A stretch of DNA of 58,302 bases from Chitinispirillia bacterium (GTDB lineage Bacteria; Fibrobacterota; Chitinivibrionia; Chitinivibrionales; Chitinispirillaceae), in the NCBI GenBank assembly GCA_009786575.1, contig WQRV01000001.1, forward strand, positions 1-58,302, in the 5' to 3' direction. Each line of letters begins with the position of its first letter. Positions within the stretch are counted from its first letter, which is position 1. The notes beneath the pieces are model-generated. The model ran no database searches. It saw only the letters and a program-made list of their open reading frames with translations, and had not been told where the DNA came from. This document shows positions 17,983 through 27,810 of this stretch, one piece after another. The translations under genes were made by a program, and so were the position numbers.

Positions 17983-19821
17983 ATGGGAGAAGAACCGCGA
18001 TATCCGTTAATTTTCTCCGAGGGTGACAGGGGCGGTATCGTCCATGTCGCCAATATCAAGGGCGGCGTGGGCAAATCGACCCTCGCCACCAACCTCGCCG
18101 CGGCGCTGAGCAAGCGCGGCCCCACGCTCCTCATAGACCTCGACGTACAGGGCAGTGCCGGCGTGGCGCTCGGCATCAACGAAACCGACGCCCGCTACTC
18201 CTCATGGGACTTCTTCAAACGCAGGTTTTCGTCTGGAGTGCCGGTTGCCAAGTACGCCGAAACGCTCGATGTCGGCGGACTCATCTCCAAGCTTGAGGAG
18301 ATAGCTATCGGCGGCGTGGTCGGCAGCGGCGTGGTCGATGACTGCATAGCGGAGGTAAACCCGCGCCTGCACGTATCGCCGGCGGGGGCCGGCCTGTTTG
18401 ATGCGCCTACCGGACAGCAATACGGCAACTTCCTGCACAACCTCAAGATCGTCAGGTCGCGCTACAAGTATATCGTTATCGATACCCCGTCTGTCTGGAA
18501 CCGCCTGACGCGCTTCCTCTATGTCAATTGCGACCTGAATCTCGTCCCCGTCACGCTGGACGCGCTGTCAACAAAGAGTTTCAAGGAGTATCTCGTGCAC
18601 ATCAAGCGGCTGATAGCGCACAACTCCCACGTACGTTTGCGCATAGTGAAGAACGAGGTAAGCCGCGGCGACGACATGGCCGGCGGCAAGACGCGTACCA
18701 TAAACCACAACCGCCGCTTCTTAGACTCACTGTGCGAACAGGCCGCTATCCACAGTGAAAAAGGCGTCTCGCTGCTGCCGAGATCAATCATGTTCGACCT
18801 CGAAATACCGGAATCCACGGCAATCCGCGAAGCGCAGGATGCCGGCAAGAGCGTTCTCGAACACGGCGGCGACATTGATGTGGTGAAGGCGTTCGATACG
18901 CTGGCCCAAAATGTTCAGCATGTGCTCAACGGTATAGACAGAGAAAATATCACCGCCTCCGCGCTCGAAAACAGGGTGACGACGGCCTGCCGGCTCTTCG
19001 CGGCGCTGATAGTGTTGGCTGTCATAGCATTCAACCGCCCGCTCCCCGAAATCACGCCGCCGCGCCCACTCGCGCCGCAGCAGGTGGTTGAGAGCGCGTC
19101 CGCCCTAGCGATAGTCCACACTTTCGTCAAAGGCGACAACATCGGCCGTCTTGCGAAACACGCTATAAGCGTCTTCAGAGGAATGGTCCCGACCGCGCAG
19201 GAACTGCAGGACTATACGATGGAAACCATAAAAGCCCACAACATGACCCGGCTCCACGGCGAACCCAAAATAATCGATCCGGCACGCATTCCGGTAAGCA
19301 CGACCGTAACATTCTACCCGCCGCTCACAATAACAAACAGATTAGAAAAGAGAATGGCCCCCGCCTACCGCTACTTCATGGATATGGTAGACGATGCCTA
19401 TCCGTACGTAACCGGCGACTGGTGCGAACGCGGCACAGGCGGAGGCGAACCGCACTACGCAATCGATGTGGCGGCCGCTTACGGAAGCGAAGTGCAGAGC
19501 CCGGTGGACGGAATCGCCGCGCTCACAACAGACCCCAGAGGCGGCAGAACGGTCGCCGTGATATTCGACGACGCGAACGCGGTGATATCGTTTTCACACC
19601 TCGAAATGCGGCATGTCAAGGAGGGCGACGCCGTAAAGAAAGGGCAGCCGGTCGGGACGGTGGGGATGACCGGGAGAACCAGCGGGCCGCACGTGCATAT
19701 CAGCTACGGGATCAGAAGCATGACAAGGTATGATATATCCTTCGGCCGGAATAATTACAGGCTGACGGACCCCAAGCACATGTTTTATAAAATGGCGTTT
19801 GATGAGAGGGTTGAGAATTAA
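17983..19821 (+). CDS. Fusion protein: ParA/MinD-type ATPase - single TM helix - LysM-like region - M23 (LytM) metallopeptidase
   Basis: Deviant Walker A ANIKGGVGKSTLATNLA, A' LLIDLDVQGSA, Walker B YIVIDTPS. TM helix ACRLFAALIVLAVIAF at about aa 335-352. M23 zinc motifs HYAID (HxxxD) and GPHVHISY (HxH). Confidence 0.85.
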   Translation: MGEEPRYPLIFSEGDRGGIVHVANIKGGVGKSTLATNLAAALSKRGPTLLIDLDVQGSAGVALGINETDARYSSWDFFKRRFSSGVPVAKYAETLDVGGLISKLEEIAIGGVVGSGVVDDCIAEVNPRLHVSPAGAGLFDAPTGQQYGNFLHNLKIVRSRYKYIVIDTPSVWNRLTRFLYVNCDLNLVPVTLDALSTKSFKEYLVHIKRLIAHNSHVRLRIVKNEVSRGDDMAGGKTRTINHNRRFLDSLCEQAAIHSEKGVSLLPRSIMFDLEIPESTAIREAQDAGKSVLEHGGDIDVVKAFDTLAQNVQHVLNGIDRENITASALENRVTTACRLFAALIVLAVIAFNRPLPEITPPRPLAPQQVVESASALAIVHTFVKGDNIGRLAKHAISVFRGMVPTAQELQDYTMETIKAHNMTRLHGEPKIIDPARIPVSTTVTFYPPLTITNRLEKRMAPAYRYFMDMVDDAYPYVTGDWCERGTGGGEPHYAIDVAAAYGSEVQSPVDGIAALTTDPRGGRTVAVIFDDANAVISFSHLEMRHVKEGDAVKKGQPVGTVGMTGRTSGPHVHISYGIRSMTRYDISFGRNNYRLTDPKHMFYKMAFDERVEN

Positions 19822-21497
19822 CGGCGCTGATTGTCCTTCAGCAGCTGCTCTGCGTGTTTGATGCTGATCTGCGTTTCTCCCCCCAGCATGCGGGCAATTT
19901 CCATCGTCCTCTGTTTATCATTTAATTGAGTAACCTCCGTGACCGTCCGCCCGCCGGATGCTTTTTTGGCAACAAGATAGTGGTGGTCTGCCGCAGAAGC
20001 TATTTGGTGTAAATGTGATATGCATAATACCTGATGGGTTGACGAGAGAGAGTAGAGCGCTTTCGATACCTCTCCGGCCAGCACCCCGCCTATCCCCGTG
20101 TCTATTTCGTCAAATATAAGTACCGGTATCTCATCCTGCTCGGCAAGGATGGATTTTACCGCGAGCATAAGCCTTGATATTTCTCCGCCCGATGCCGTCT
20201 TTGCTAAGGGGAGGAACGGTTCGCCGGGATTTGTTTTTACCAAAAATATTATCTCCTCCATCCCGGACGAAGACGGTTCCTCAAGAGGGGAGAGCTCCGT
20301 TTTCCACTCCCCGCCCGGGAATCCTAACTGTTCCATACGGCGCGTGATCTCCTTATCAAATTTTGATAAGGCTTTTTTGCGGGACTTTGTCAGGATAGCG
20401 GCCGAATCAATGCAGGATTGACGGGATTTGTCTGATTTTTTCTTTAGAGCGTCTATGTCTGCGCTTGAGTTTTGTAACAGTGAGAGGTTTTTTGCCAGCT
20501 CCTGCTTTTTTTCGATTAATTCATTAAGGGTACAGGAATATTTTTTCTTGAGGCGCTGGATTTTCGAGAGGCGGGCGTTGATAGCCTCTATCCTGCCCTG
20601 GGCATTATCCCCTCCGTCAATCTTTTCTAAGTACGAGCTGCAGAATATGTCTAATTCGGAACAGGTTGATATCACCGCCTCCATGTCGTTTGAGTATTGG
20701 CGGACGGCTGGGTCGTATTTGCCGAGCGTCTCTAATTTCCGCTTGATATGCGTTAACCGTTTTTGTATTGATTCTCCGTCCGATGAACCCAAGAGTTCCA
20801 GCACCTCTTTTGCGCACTCTATTCTCTGGGCTGATGTTGACAGGAGGGATAACTCCTGCTCAAGGGCCTGCTCTTCGTCTGTTTGAGGATCAAGGGCCGA
20901 CAGCTCCTTATATTGAAATTCCAAAACATCTTTTTTGTCAGCCAGCTCTTTCGCCGCCCTTTGAGCGTCGATAAATTCCTGTTTTGCGGTGATGTATGTG
21001 TTGTACGATGATGTATAATTTTCACGGGACGGCAATGTTTCCGGCAGCGAGTCTGCGATATCAACGTGCGTATTTTCATTAAGCAGCGACTGGTGCTGGT
21101 GCTGGCCGTGCAGGTCTATCAGCAAATCGCCAAGAGTTTTGAGGGATGATAGCGGCAGCGGTATCTGGTTGACGTGTATCCTGTTTTTTCCGGCCTTAGA
21201 TATGTTCCTGCGGATTATCAGGCTGCCGTCATCCGCGTCAATCCCCGCCTCTTTCAGGAAATCTCTCAATTTAGGTTTTAAAATTTCGATCTCTAAACAC
21301 CCGCTGACCTCCGCGTCGTCGCACCCGCTCCTGATCATCTCCGATGAAGCCCTTTCACCAAGCAACAGGCCGATCGCGCCGATCAGTATGGATTTTCCCG
21401 CGCCCGTTTCTCCCGTAAACACGGTAAACCCGCTGCCGAATTCCAGTTCAAGGTTCTCTATCAACGCAAGGTTCTTAATGCGGAGTTCGCGTATCAT
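19818..21497 (-). CDS. recN: DNA repair protein RecN
   Basis: N-terminal [31 protein letters not shown], long coiled coil, and C-terminal [23 protein letters not shown]. Confidence 0.95.
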   Translation of the reverse strand: MIRELRIKNLALIENLELEFGSGFTVFTGETGAGKSILIGAIGLLLGERASSEMIRSGCDDAEVSGCLEIEILKPKLRDFLKEAGIDADDGSLIIRRNISKAGKNRIHVNQIPLPLSSLKTLGDLLIDLHGQHQHQSLLNENTHVDIADSLPETLPSRENYTSSYNTYITAKQEFIDAQRAAKELADKKDVLEFQYKELSALDPQTDEEQALEQELSLLSTSAQRIECAKEVLELLGSSDGESIQKRLTHIKRKLETLGKYDPAVRQYSNDMEAVISTCSELDIFCSSYLEKIDGGDNAQGRIEAINARLSKIQRLKKKYSCTLNELIEKKQELAKNLSLLQNSSADIDALKKKSDKSRQSCIDSAAILTKSRKKALSKFDKEITRRMEQLGFPGGEWKTELSPLEEPSSSGMEEIIFLVKTNPGEPFLPLAKTASGGEISRLMLAVKSILAEQDEIPVLIFDEIDTGIGGVLAGEVSKALYSLSSTHQVLCISHLHQIASAADHHYLVAKKASGGRTVTEVTQLNDKQRTMEIARMLGGETQISIKHAEQLLKDNQRR

Positions 21498-22375
21498 GGC
21501 TTCTTGTACCCCTGTCCCCAGCCCAGCTTTTTCCGCAGCAGCGAAAAGTATGAACGTTCAGCGAACTGGATAAGGTTTTTGCGGATGCCTCCGTACGATA
21601 CGATGATCTCATCGTCGCACTGCAAATTAAAAGAGTCCAATCCGTCTGCCGTCAGCAATAAATCAGGATTTTTCTCGTTGACTACGAGGCGGATGTTGCG
21701 GTCGGACGGCAGTATCAGCGGCCGCTCGGTCAGCGAGTGGGGGCAGATGGGCGTTAAGAGAAACGCCTGCACCGACGGCTCGACTATCGGCCCTCCGGCA
21801 GACAGCGAATACGCCGTTGATCCGTTGGGCGTGGCCACGATAAGCCCGTCGGCGAAGAAGTTGGTGATGAACGCGTCGCCGCACCACGCGGAGATAGAGG
21901 TCAGCCTCGGCGTCTTGATGCGGTTGATGTAGATGTCGTTCAGCGCCTTGAATCGGCATAAGGTATCGCTGCCGCGCTTAACGCTTGCTTCCAGAACCAT
22001 CCGGCTGATCGCCTCGTACTTTCCCGCCCTGATCAGCCCGAAGCACTCCTCAAGCTCTTCCGGCCCGATATCGGTAAGAAATCCCAGCCCGCCCAGATTG
22101 ACGCCTACGACAGGTTTTTCCGAAAACCCGCTCATGTGCGCTACCGACAGCAGCGTGCCGTCGCCGCCTACGGAGACTATCGCCTCGCTCTTATCCAGAA
22201 AAACTTCCTCAGACTCTTCAGCGCGCATATCCGGTGGCAGCAAATCGCAAAGGATCGGGTGGTAGAATACGCTTGCGCCGTTATTCGCCGCCCATCCGCG
22301 GATACGCAGCAAAACCTCGCTGACGGCGGCGGTCTTTTTGAATGATACTATACCGAAAGACGTTATTGGTTTCAT
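21494..22375 (-). CDS. nadK: NAD kinase
   Basis: GGDGTLL motif and typical NAD-kinase C-terminal half. ATG 22375 has GAGGTG 9 nt upstream; the ORF is open to 22417. 4-nt overlap with recN. Confidence 0.9.
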   Translation of the reverse strand: MKPITSFGIVSFKKTAAVSEVLLRIRGWAANNGASVFYHPILCDLLPPDMRAEESEEVFLDKSEAIVSVGGDGTLLSVAHMSGFSEKPVVGVNLGGLGFLTDIGPEELEECFGLIRAGKYEAISRMVLEASVKRGSDTLCRFKALNDIYINRIKTPRLTSISAWCGDAFITNFFADGLIVATPNGSTAYSLSAGGPIVEPSVQAFLLTPICPHSLTERPLILPSDRNIRLVVNEKNPDLLLTADGLDSFNLQCDDEIIVSYGGIRKNLIQFAERSYFSLLRKKLGWGQGYKKP

Positions 22376-22388
22376 TGTTACAGCACCT

Positions 22389-23780
22389 CTATTTATTTCT
22401 GAACTCGCAAATCTCATTTATCATTGTCTCAAAATTCGGCCACCGCGCCGCAATGTGCTCGTCCGCGACCGATGTTTTGCCTAAACACTTAAGCCCCGCC
22501 GCGCAAAACGCGACGGCGATGTGCGCGGGCAGCGGATCCCACAGGTCAAACCCGTCAAAATCCTTCGCCCCCTCCATAACGATCCCGTCCGGCATCTCTC
22601 CGTGCCGCACGCCAAGCGGCCGCAGGCACTTCTCAAGCTGGTCGATCCCGTCAGGCTCAAAAGACCGCAGTACGCCAAGTTCTCTGAATACCGACTTGCC
22701 CTGCGAGAACGCCGCCGTCACCGCCATGCAGGGCAGCTGGCCGATGTACTGATAAAGCGGAGCGCAGCGGACTTTGCGGCCGTAGCCGTCGCCCTTTTTA
22801 ACGGAAACCGTCCCGCACACCCCAAACGACGTCTTGCCGTCGTCGTGCGTGTTGAGCTTGCAGTCCGTCTTTTTTATAAACTGCATAGCCTGCGATGCCC
22901 AGTTCTCCATAGGGACATTGGATATTTCAAATTCGCCCTTGGGTATAAGGCACTTTAATGTGATGAGCGCGGCGGCAAGAATTTCATCGCCGGGGATAAC
23001 GATGTTGACGGGCTTACCGGCATCATCACCATTATCGGATGCAGTGACATTACCTTTCGAGAAATCAGTCTCAACAACGTACATAAGGCTCTGCGATGAT
23101 GAATCGCGCTGCTTGCCCTGCAAAAACCTCAACCGTTTGGCCATAAAGTCATTATTGCCGCCGGACGTACTCAATTTCGCGTTAAGTGTAAGCCCTAACG
23201 CGCCGGCCAGCTGGCGTAACGGTGTTGACAGATGGTAATCGGTAATAGTAAACGTCAGCTTCTCTCCCTTGCCGAAGAGGAATGCCAGAAGCGCGGTGCA
23301 GTCATCTTCACCTATATTCGCGCTCTCAGCTATCCCGCTGTCAAAATAAGTTGCCCTAAGCCCGGTCATATCATCAACCTGAACAGCTTCTACGGTGATG
23401 CCCATCCGTTTGCCCTGCGCTATGGCGTCTTGTATCTGCTTCTCAGAGATCGACCGCGCCGTAACCGTCTTGCCCATCCCAAGCCCCATAAACAGATAGA
23501 TCGAGCGGTAGGGGAGAAGCGACTCCGGCAGCGCCAGCAGTATCCCCGGATCATTTACCGATAACGGGTCCACGTGCAGCATTGAACCATCTGACTGTAT
23601 TGACGCGTGGCTCTGGAGCGATTTGATAATATCATCAACAACACCGGTTGCGCCGACGCCGCAGACGTTAATCCTTTTTGACGCGGCGCATGCTCCGAGC
23701 GCCGCCATGTACAGCATATCCGGCGATACGGGCAGTTCAACCTTGCCCTGCACGCTTTTAGCCGGGCGTAAATTTATCAT
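22389..23780 (-). CDS. aroA: EPSP synthase (3-phosphoshikimate 1-carboxyvinyltransferase)-fold protein, highly divergent
   Basis: Length, N-terminal ..GKVELPVS.. and C-terminal ..[36 protein letters not shown] parallel AroA. Sits in an aromatic amino-acid operon. Canonical catalytic motifs look substituted (see findings). Confidence 0.6.
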   Translation of the reverse strand: MINLRPAKSVQGKVELPVSPDMLYMAALGACAASKRINVCGVGATGVVDDIIKSLQSHASIQSDGSMLHVDPLSVNDPGILLALPESLLPYRSIYLFMGLGMGKTVTARSISEKQIQDAIAQGKRMGITVEAVQVDDMTGLRATYFDSGIAESANIGEDDCTALLAFLFGKGEKLTFTITDYHLSTPLRQLAGALGLTLNAKLSTSGGNNDFMAKRLRFLQGKQRDSSSQSLMYVVETDFSKGNVTASDNGDDAGKPVNIVIPGDEILAAALITLKCLIPKGEFEISNVPMENWASQAMQFIKKTDCKLNTHDDGKTSFGVCGTVSVKKGDGYGRKVRCAPLYQYIGQLPCMAVTAAFSQGKSVFRELGVLRSFEPDGIDQLEKCLRPLGVRHGEMPDGIVMEGAKDFDGFDLWDPLPAHIAVAFCAAGLKCLGKTSVADEHIAARWPNFETMINEICEFRNK

Positions 23781-24652
23781 TTGTCAATTCCTTTCATATT
23801 TACCCTGACATTGCGCGCCGCTTCAAAACTTTCCTTTAGCGCGTCGTTTGCCAGTTTACTCTTCATATCATTGAGGATACCGACGTACGAATCTATGAGC
23901 GGGATGATAGCGCCCTTGTTCGTAGCGAAAATATCGTGCCATATATCGTACTGCGCCGACGCTATCCTCGTAGTATCCCTGAACCCGCCGGCCGCGAGCG
24001 ACAATGTTCCCGGATTCCTCTTCTCCTGCTCGCTTGCGCACAACACAAGCGCGCTCGCCAGAATGTGCGGCAGATGGCTCACCGCGGCGGCCATCGAATC
24101 GTGCGTAGACGGGTCGGTCATCACTATTTCACAACCGAGCGACCTGCGCAAAAATCCGCCCAGATCATCCGCTATTTGACGGTCATCATCACTCCCCGGC
24201 GTCAAGACATACGTCGCTTCCCTAAAAATATCCGCGTCGCCCGCCTCCGGCCCGCTCTTCTCCGACCCGGCCATAGGGTGCCCGCCGATAAAGCGGACGT
24301 GTGAGGGCAGATACTTCTTCGCGGCGTCTACGATAACCTTTTTCGTACTGCCGATATCGGTAATGACAAGCCCGCCCGGCAACTCCATCCCCCCCAATTT
24401 CTTTATAGTATCAACAATCGCAAGGATAGGGGAGCACAAAATCAATAAATCCGTCCGCCCAACAACGTCCCCCAGCTCCGAATACGAATACCCCTCGTCA
24501 ATCAACCCCATCTCTAAAGATACTTTCACAGCCCTTTCAGACGACAGCCCAATGATCCTGCCTCCAAACCCGGCTTTCTTAAGCCCGGCCCCCACAGACC
24601 CGCCCAAAAGCCCCACACTATATATCGTTACTGTCTTAGGATTATATTCCAT
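23777..24652 (-). CDS. tyrA: Prephenate dehydrogenase
   Basis: Rossmann VTIYSVGLLGGSVG, ..GGHPMAG.. motif, and the typical TyrA C-terminal helical domain. Confidence 0.9.
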   Translation of the reverse strand: MEYNPKTVTIYSVGLLGGSVGAGLKKAGFGGRIIGLSSERAVKVSLEMGLIDEGYSYSELGDVVGRTDLLILCSPILAIVDTIKKLGGMELPGGLVITDIGSTKKVIVDAAKKYLPSHVRFIGGHPMAGSEKSGPEAGDADIFREATYVLTPGSDDDRQIADDLGGFLRRSLGCEIVMTDPSTHDSMAAAVSHLPHILASALVLCASEQEKRNPGTLSLAAGGFRDTTRIASAQYDIWHDIFATNKGAIIPLIDSYVGILNDMKSKLANDALKESFEAARNVRVNMKGIDK

Positions 24653-24682
24653 AATATCATCAACTCCAAACTATAGATTCCA

Positions 24683-24765
24683 CGATTAGGCATTGTGCTT
24701 GTGCCGTTTGGCGGCATCACGGCTGTCGTGCAGCCGCCAAACGGCACAGGCGCAATGCCTGATCG
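24683..24765 (+). repeat. Long hairpin (33-bp stem) with 17-nt apex ATCACGGCTGTCGTGCA; sister copy at 42503-42577
   Basis: Arms 24683-24715 and 24733-24765 pair completely. The 3 non-Watson-Crick pairs are U.G only when read on the + strand. Confidence 0.8.
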
Positions 24766-24770
24766 TGTTT

Positions 24771-25514
24771 TCAACAACCCAACTCCCTGTTCAACAGATA
24801 AATAATCTGCCCCTGCTTAGTCATCGGTATCAGAAAATCTTTATAATACACGATGATAGACTCCGGCTTGACCTCAACCCGCACCGCCTTGTTGATCGTA
24901 GCCTGCACCTGCTTGACCTTCTCCTTGACGCGCGCGATGATCTTCTTCTCCACATCCGGGCGCGTCAGCTTGTCCAAGAGCGCGTCCTTGTCTTTCTTCT
25001 CTATCAGCTGACGGTACCCGTCAACATCCGCCCTGTACTTGCTCTCGGCCACGTAAAGCGCCCCGAAGTGCAGCCGCCGCGCGATCGCCTGCACCGCGTA
25101 AACATCATGCTCTACGCTTGACCCGTACTGCCCGTCGTCCCCGGCTGGGCAAATTTTCGGCAGCAGCAGCCGGTAACTCGCCAGAACCGCATCGGTGAAG
25201 TTGACCTCGTCGAAATCGCGTATGTGAAGCCCGGTCTCCGGGAGGTTCACGGTACGCTGCGGCGCGGGCAGCGCGCCGTTGAACGGGCGCTCCTCCGGTA
25301 CGCAGAAACGGCCGAATTTCGCGTCCATCTCCTCGTGGTACCAGAGGCGCAGCTCAAAGAGCGAGCGCAGCTCCTCGTTTATAAAACCGCTCTGGCCGTG
25401 GGCGTAAGACGCCTCGTTTACGCACCACTGCGCACGGTCGATCAGCCGGTGGATGATCGTCTCCTCCAACCCCTCGAGACGGGAGGCGATGTTGTCTAAA
25501 TTCAGCTCTTCCAT
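24771..25514 (-). CDS. Chorismate mutase, long AroQ eukaryotic (yeast Aro7/plant) type
   Basis: Collinear similarity to yeast Aro7. [24 protein letters not shown] matches [55 protein letters not shown] matches [51 protein letters not shown] matches IYKEIVIPITKEVEVEYLLRR. Confidence 0.8.
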   Translation of the reverse strand: [247 protein letters not shown]

Positions 25515-26320
25515 GATACCGCGGTTGCCGCCTTTAATGAGTTAACTTTTTTTCTTAGTATTGATGACGGATTCGCGCCCTTGAGAACCGATTTTTCAAT
25601 CTCACGGACAAGCGCGCTGCCGACAATCACCCCCTGCGCCCCGGCCTTGCGGACATCGCTCACATGCTCAGGCGTAGATATTCCAAACCCGACCGCCAAC
25701 GGCTTATCCGTAACCTTTTTCAGCCGCGACAAAGTCGTCTTGACAGACGCGCTTAACGTGGTATCGGCCCCCGTAATCCCCGGACGGCTCACGACGTACA
25801 CGAACGAATCAACGCACCGGCAAATCTCCCGCATCCTCTCCTCCGGCGTAAACTCGCTGGCTATGAACACGCGGCCGATGCCGTACTTGCGCATAGCCGC
25901 GCCCAATTCCTGCGCTTCCTCCGGCGGCATATCGGCAACAAGGATGCTGTCGATCCCCGCCTTAGCCGCCTTTTTGCAAAAAGTATCGCACCCCAAATGG
26001 CCGACACTATTAGCGTAAGTCAATAGCCCTATGGGGATATCGGTAAAGGTGCGGATTTCGCCGATCAGCTCAAAAAACAGCCGGTGGTTAAGCCCCGCCT
26101 TTATAGCCCGCATAGCCGCCCGCTGGTTGACCGGCCCGTCGGCTACAGGGTCGGAGAACGGGTACCCGATCTCCAAAATATCCGCCCCGCCCTTAACATA
26201 AGCCCTTACGATGTCAATAAACACATCCGGCCCGGGATCCCCCGCGACCGCAAACGGAATAAACGCCGCCTCTTTGCGCTTTTTGACCTTCGCGAACGCT
26301 TCATCGTATCTGTTCGTCAT
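25502..26320 (-). CDS. trpA: Tryptophan synthase alpha chain
   Basis: [27 protein letters not shown] and GFGIS motifs. Confidence 0.95.
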
Positions 26321-27519
26321 ATATTCGTCCCCAAAAATTTGGCCACAGACTCAATATCCTTATCCCCGCGCCCCGACAGATTAATAACGATAACGGAGCC
26401 GTCCTTTATTTTGGGTGCTTGCCTGATGACATAGGCGGCGGCGTGCGACGATTCGAGCGCCGGGATGATCCCCTCCGTCTCGCAAAGCATCTTGAACGCG
26501 CCGACGGCCTCCTTGTCGGTAGCAAAGGTATAAACCGCCCGCCCCGTATCGGCCAGATGCGCGTGCTCCGGCCCAACCCCGCTGTAGTCTAATCCCGCTG
26601 ACACCGAATGCGTATCCGCAATCTGCCCGTCGCGGTCCTGCAGCACGTACGAATAAGCCCCGTGCAATATCCCGGGCTTGCTGTTCGGAGACGGCGTAAG
26701 CCTCACCGCGTGCCGGTTCCCGCGCAGCCCCATGCCGCCGGCCTCGACACCCGTCAGCCGCACGCCCTTATCCTTAATAAACGCGCTGAATATCCCGATG
26801 GCGTTCGACCCGCCGCCCACGCAGGCCACAACCTCGTCCGGCAGCCGCCCCGCGGCCTTCAAAATCTGCGCCCGGCACTCCGTCCCGATTACCGACTGAA
26901 ATTCCCGTACGATAGTAGGGAAGGGATGCGGCCCCAGCGCCGACCCGAAGGCGTAGTGGGTCTCCCTCACCGAGCTCGTCCAGTCGCGCATCGCCTCGTT
27001 CACCGCGTCCTTGAGCGTCTTGCCCCCGCTCTCCACCGGCACGACGCGCGCGCCCAAAAGCCCCATTCGGAAAACGTTGGGCTTCTGCCGCTCCATGTCG
27101 ACCGTCCCCATGTAGATGTCGCAGCTCATCCCTAGAAGCGCCGCAGCCGTGGCGGTCGCCACCCCGTGCTGCCCGGCCCCGGTCTCCGCGATCAGCCGCT
27201 CCTTGCCCATGAACCGCGCCAGAAGCGCCTGCCCCAGGGCGTTCGTTATCTTGTGCGCCCCGGTGTGGTTCAGGTCCTCGCGCTTCAGAAATATCCGCGC
27301 CCGCCCGCCGGTAAGCCGTTGCGCCAGGTTCACGGCCTCGTAAAGCGCCGTCGGCCGCCCGCAGTACGTCTCCAAAAGCCGCTGGTACTCCGACTGCCAG
27401 TGCGCGTCGGCCGCAAACCGCCCGTACGCCGAGAGCACCTCTTCCAGAGCCGGCATAAGCGTCTCCGGCGCGAACATCCCGCCAAACTGCCCAAAATAGC
27501 CTTTTTTCGCTTTAGCCAT
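26317..27519 (-). CDS. trpB: Tryptophan synthase beta chain
   Basis: [27 protein letters not shown] and GGGSNAIG motifs. 4-nt overlap with trpA. Confidence 0.95.
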   Translation of the reverse strand: MAKAKKGYFGQFGGMFAPETLMPALEEVLSAYGRFAADAHWQSEYQRLLETYCGRPTALYEAVNLAQRLTGGRARIFLKREDLNHTGAHKITNALGQALLARFMGKERLIAETGAGQHGVATATAAALLGMSCDIYMGTVDMERQKPNVFRMGLLGARVVPVESGGKTLKDAVNEAMRDWTSSVRETHYAFGSALGPHPFPTIVREFQSVIGTECRAQILKAAGRLPDEVVACVGGGSNAIGIFSAFIKDKGVRLTGVEAGGMGLRGNRHAVRLTPSPNSKPGILHGAYSYVLQDRDGQIADTHSVSAGLDYSGVGPEHAHLADTGRAVYTFATDKEAVGAFKMLCETEGIIPALESSHAAAYVIRQAPKIKDGSVIVINLSGRGDKDIESVAKFLGTNI

Positions 27520-27810
27520 GATCCTACCGAGTCATTATATAGTTTGGTATTGATGTATAAACGGCACCGCCGGGGGCACCGTAACCTATAAATATAATTT
27601 TCGGCGGCCCGTCCGCCATAATATATTTAATATTGGTTCTACCCCCATTCTGCAGTTGTACGTTGGCGAAGAGTCTTTATTTAACAAAGAACTTGAGAAA
27701 ACTGTGGTGATATAGTATATTATGGCCATGAAAAAGAAAGATATGTTACGCGAGAGTTTCCGCCATCCCCGTACGGAGCATACGGCGTTGGTTGCCGGGG
27801 CGGTTGTCTC

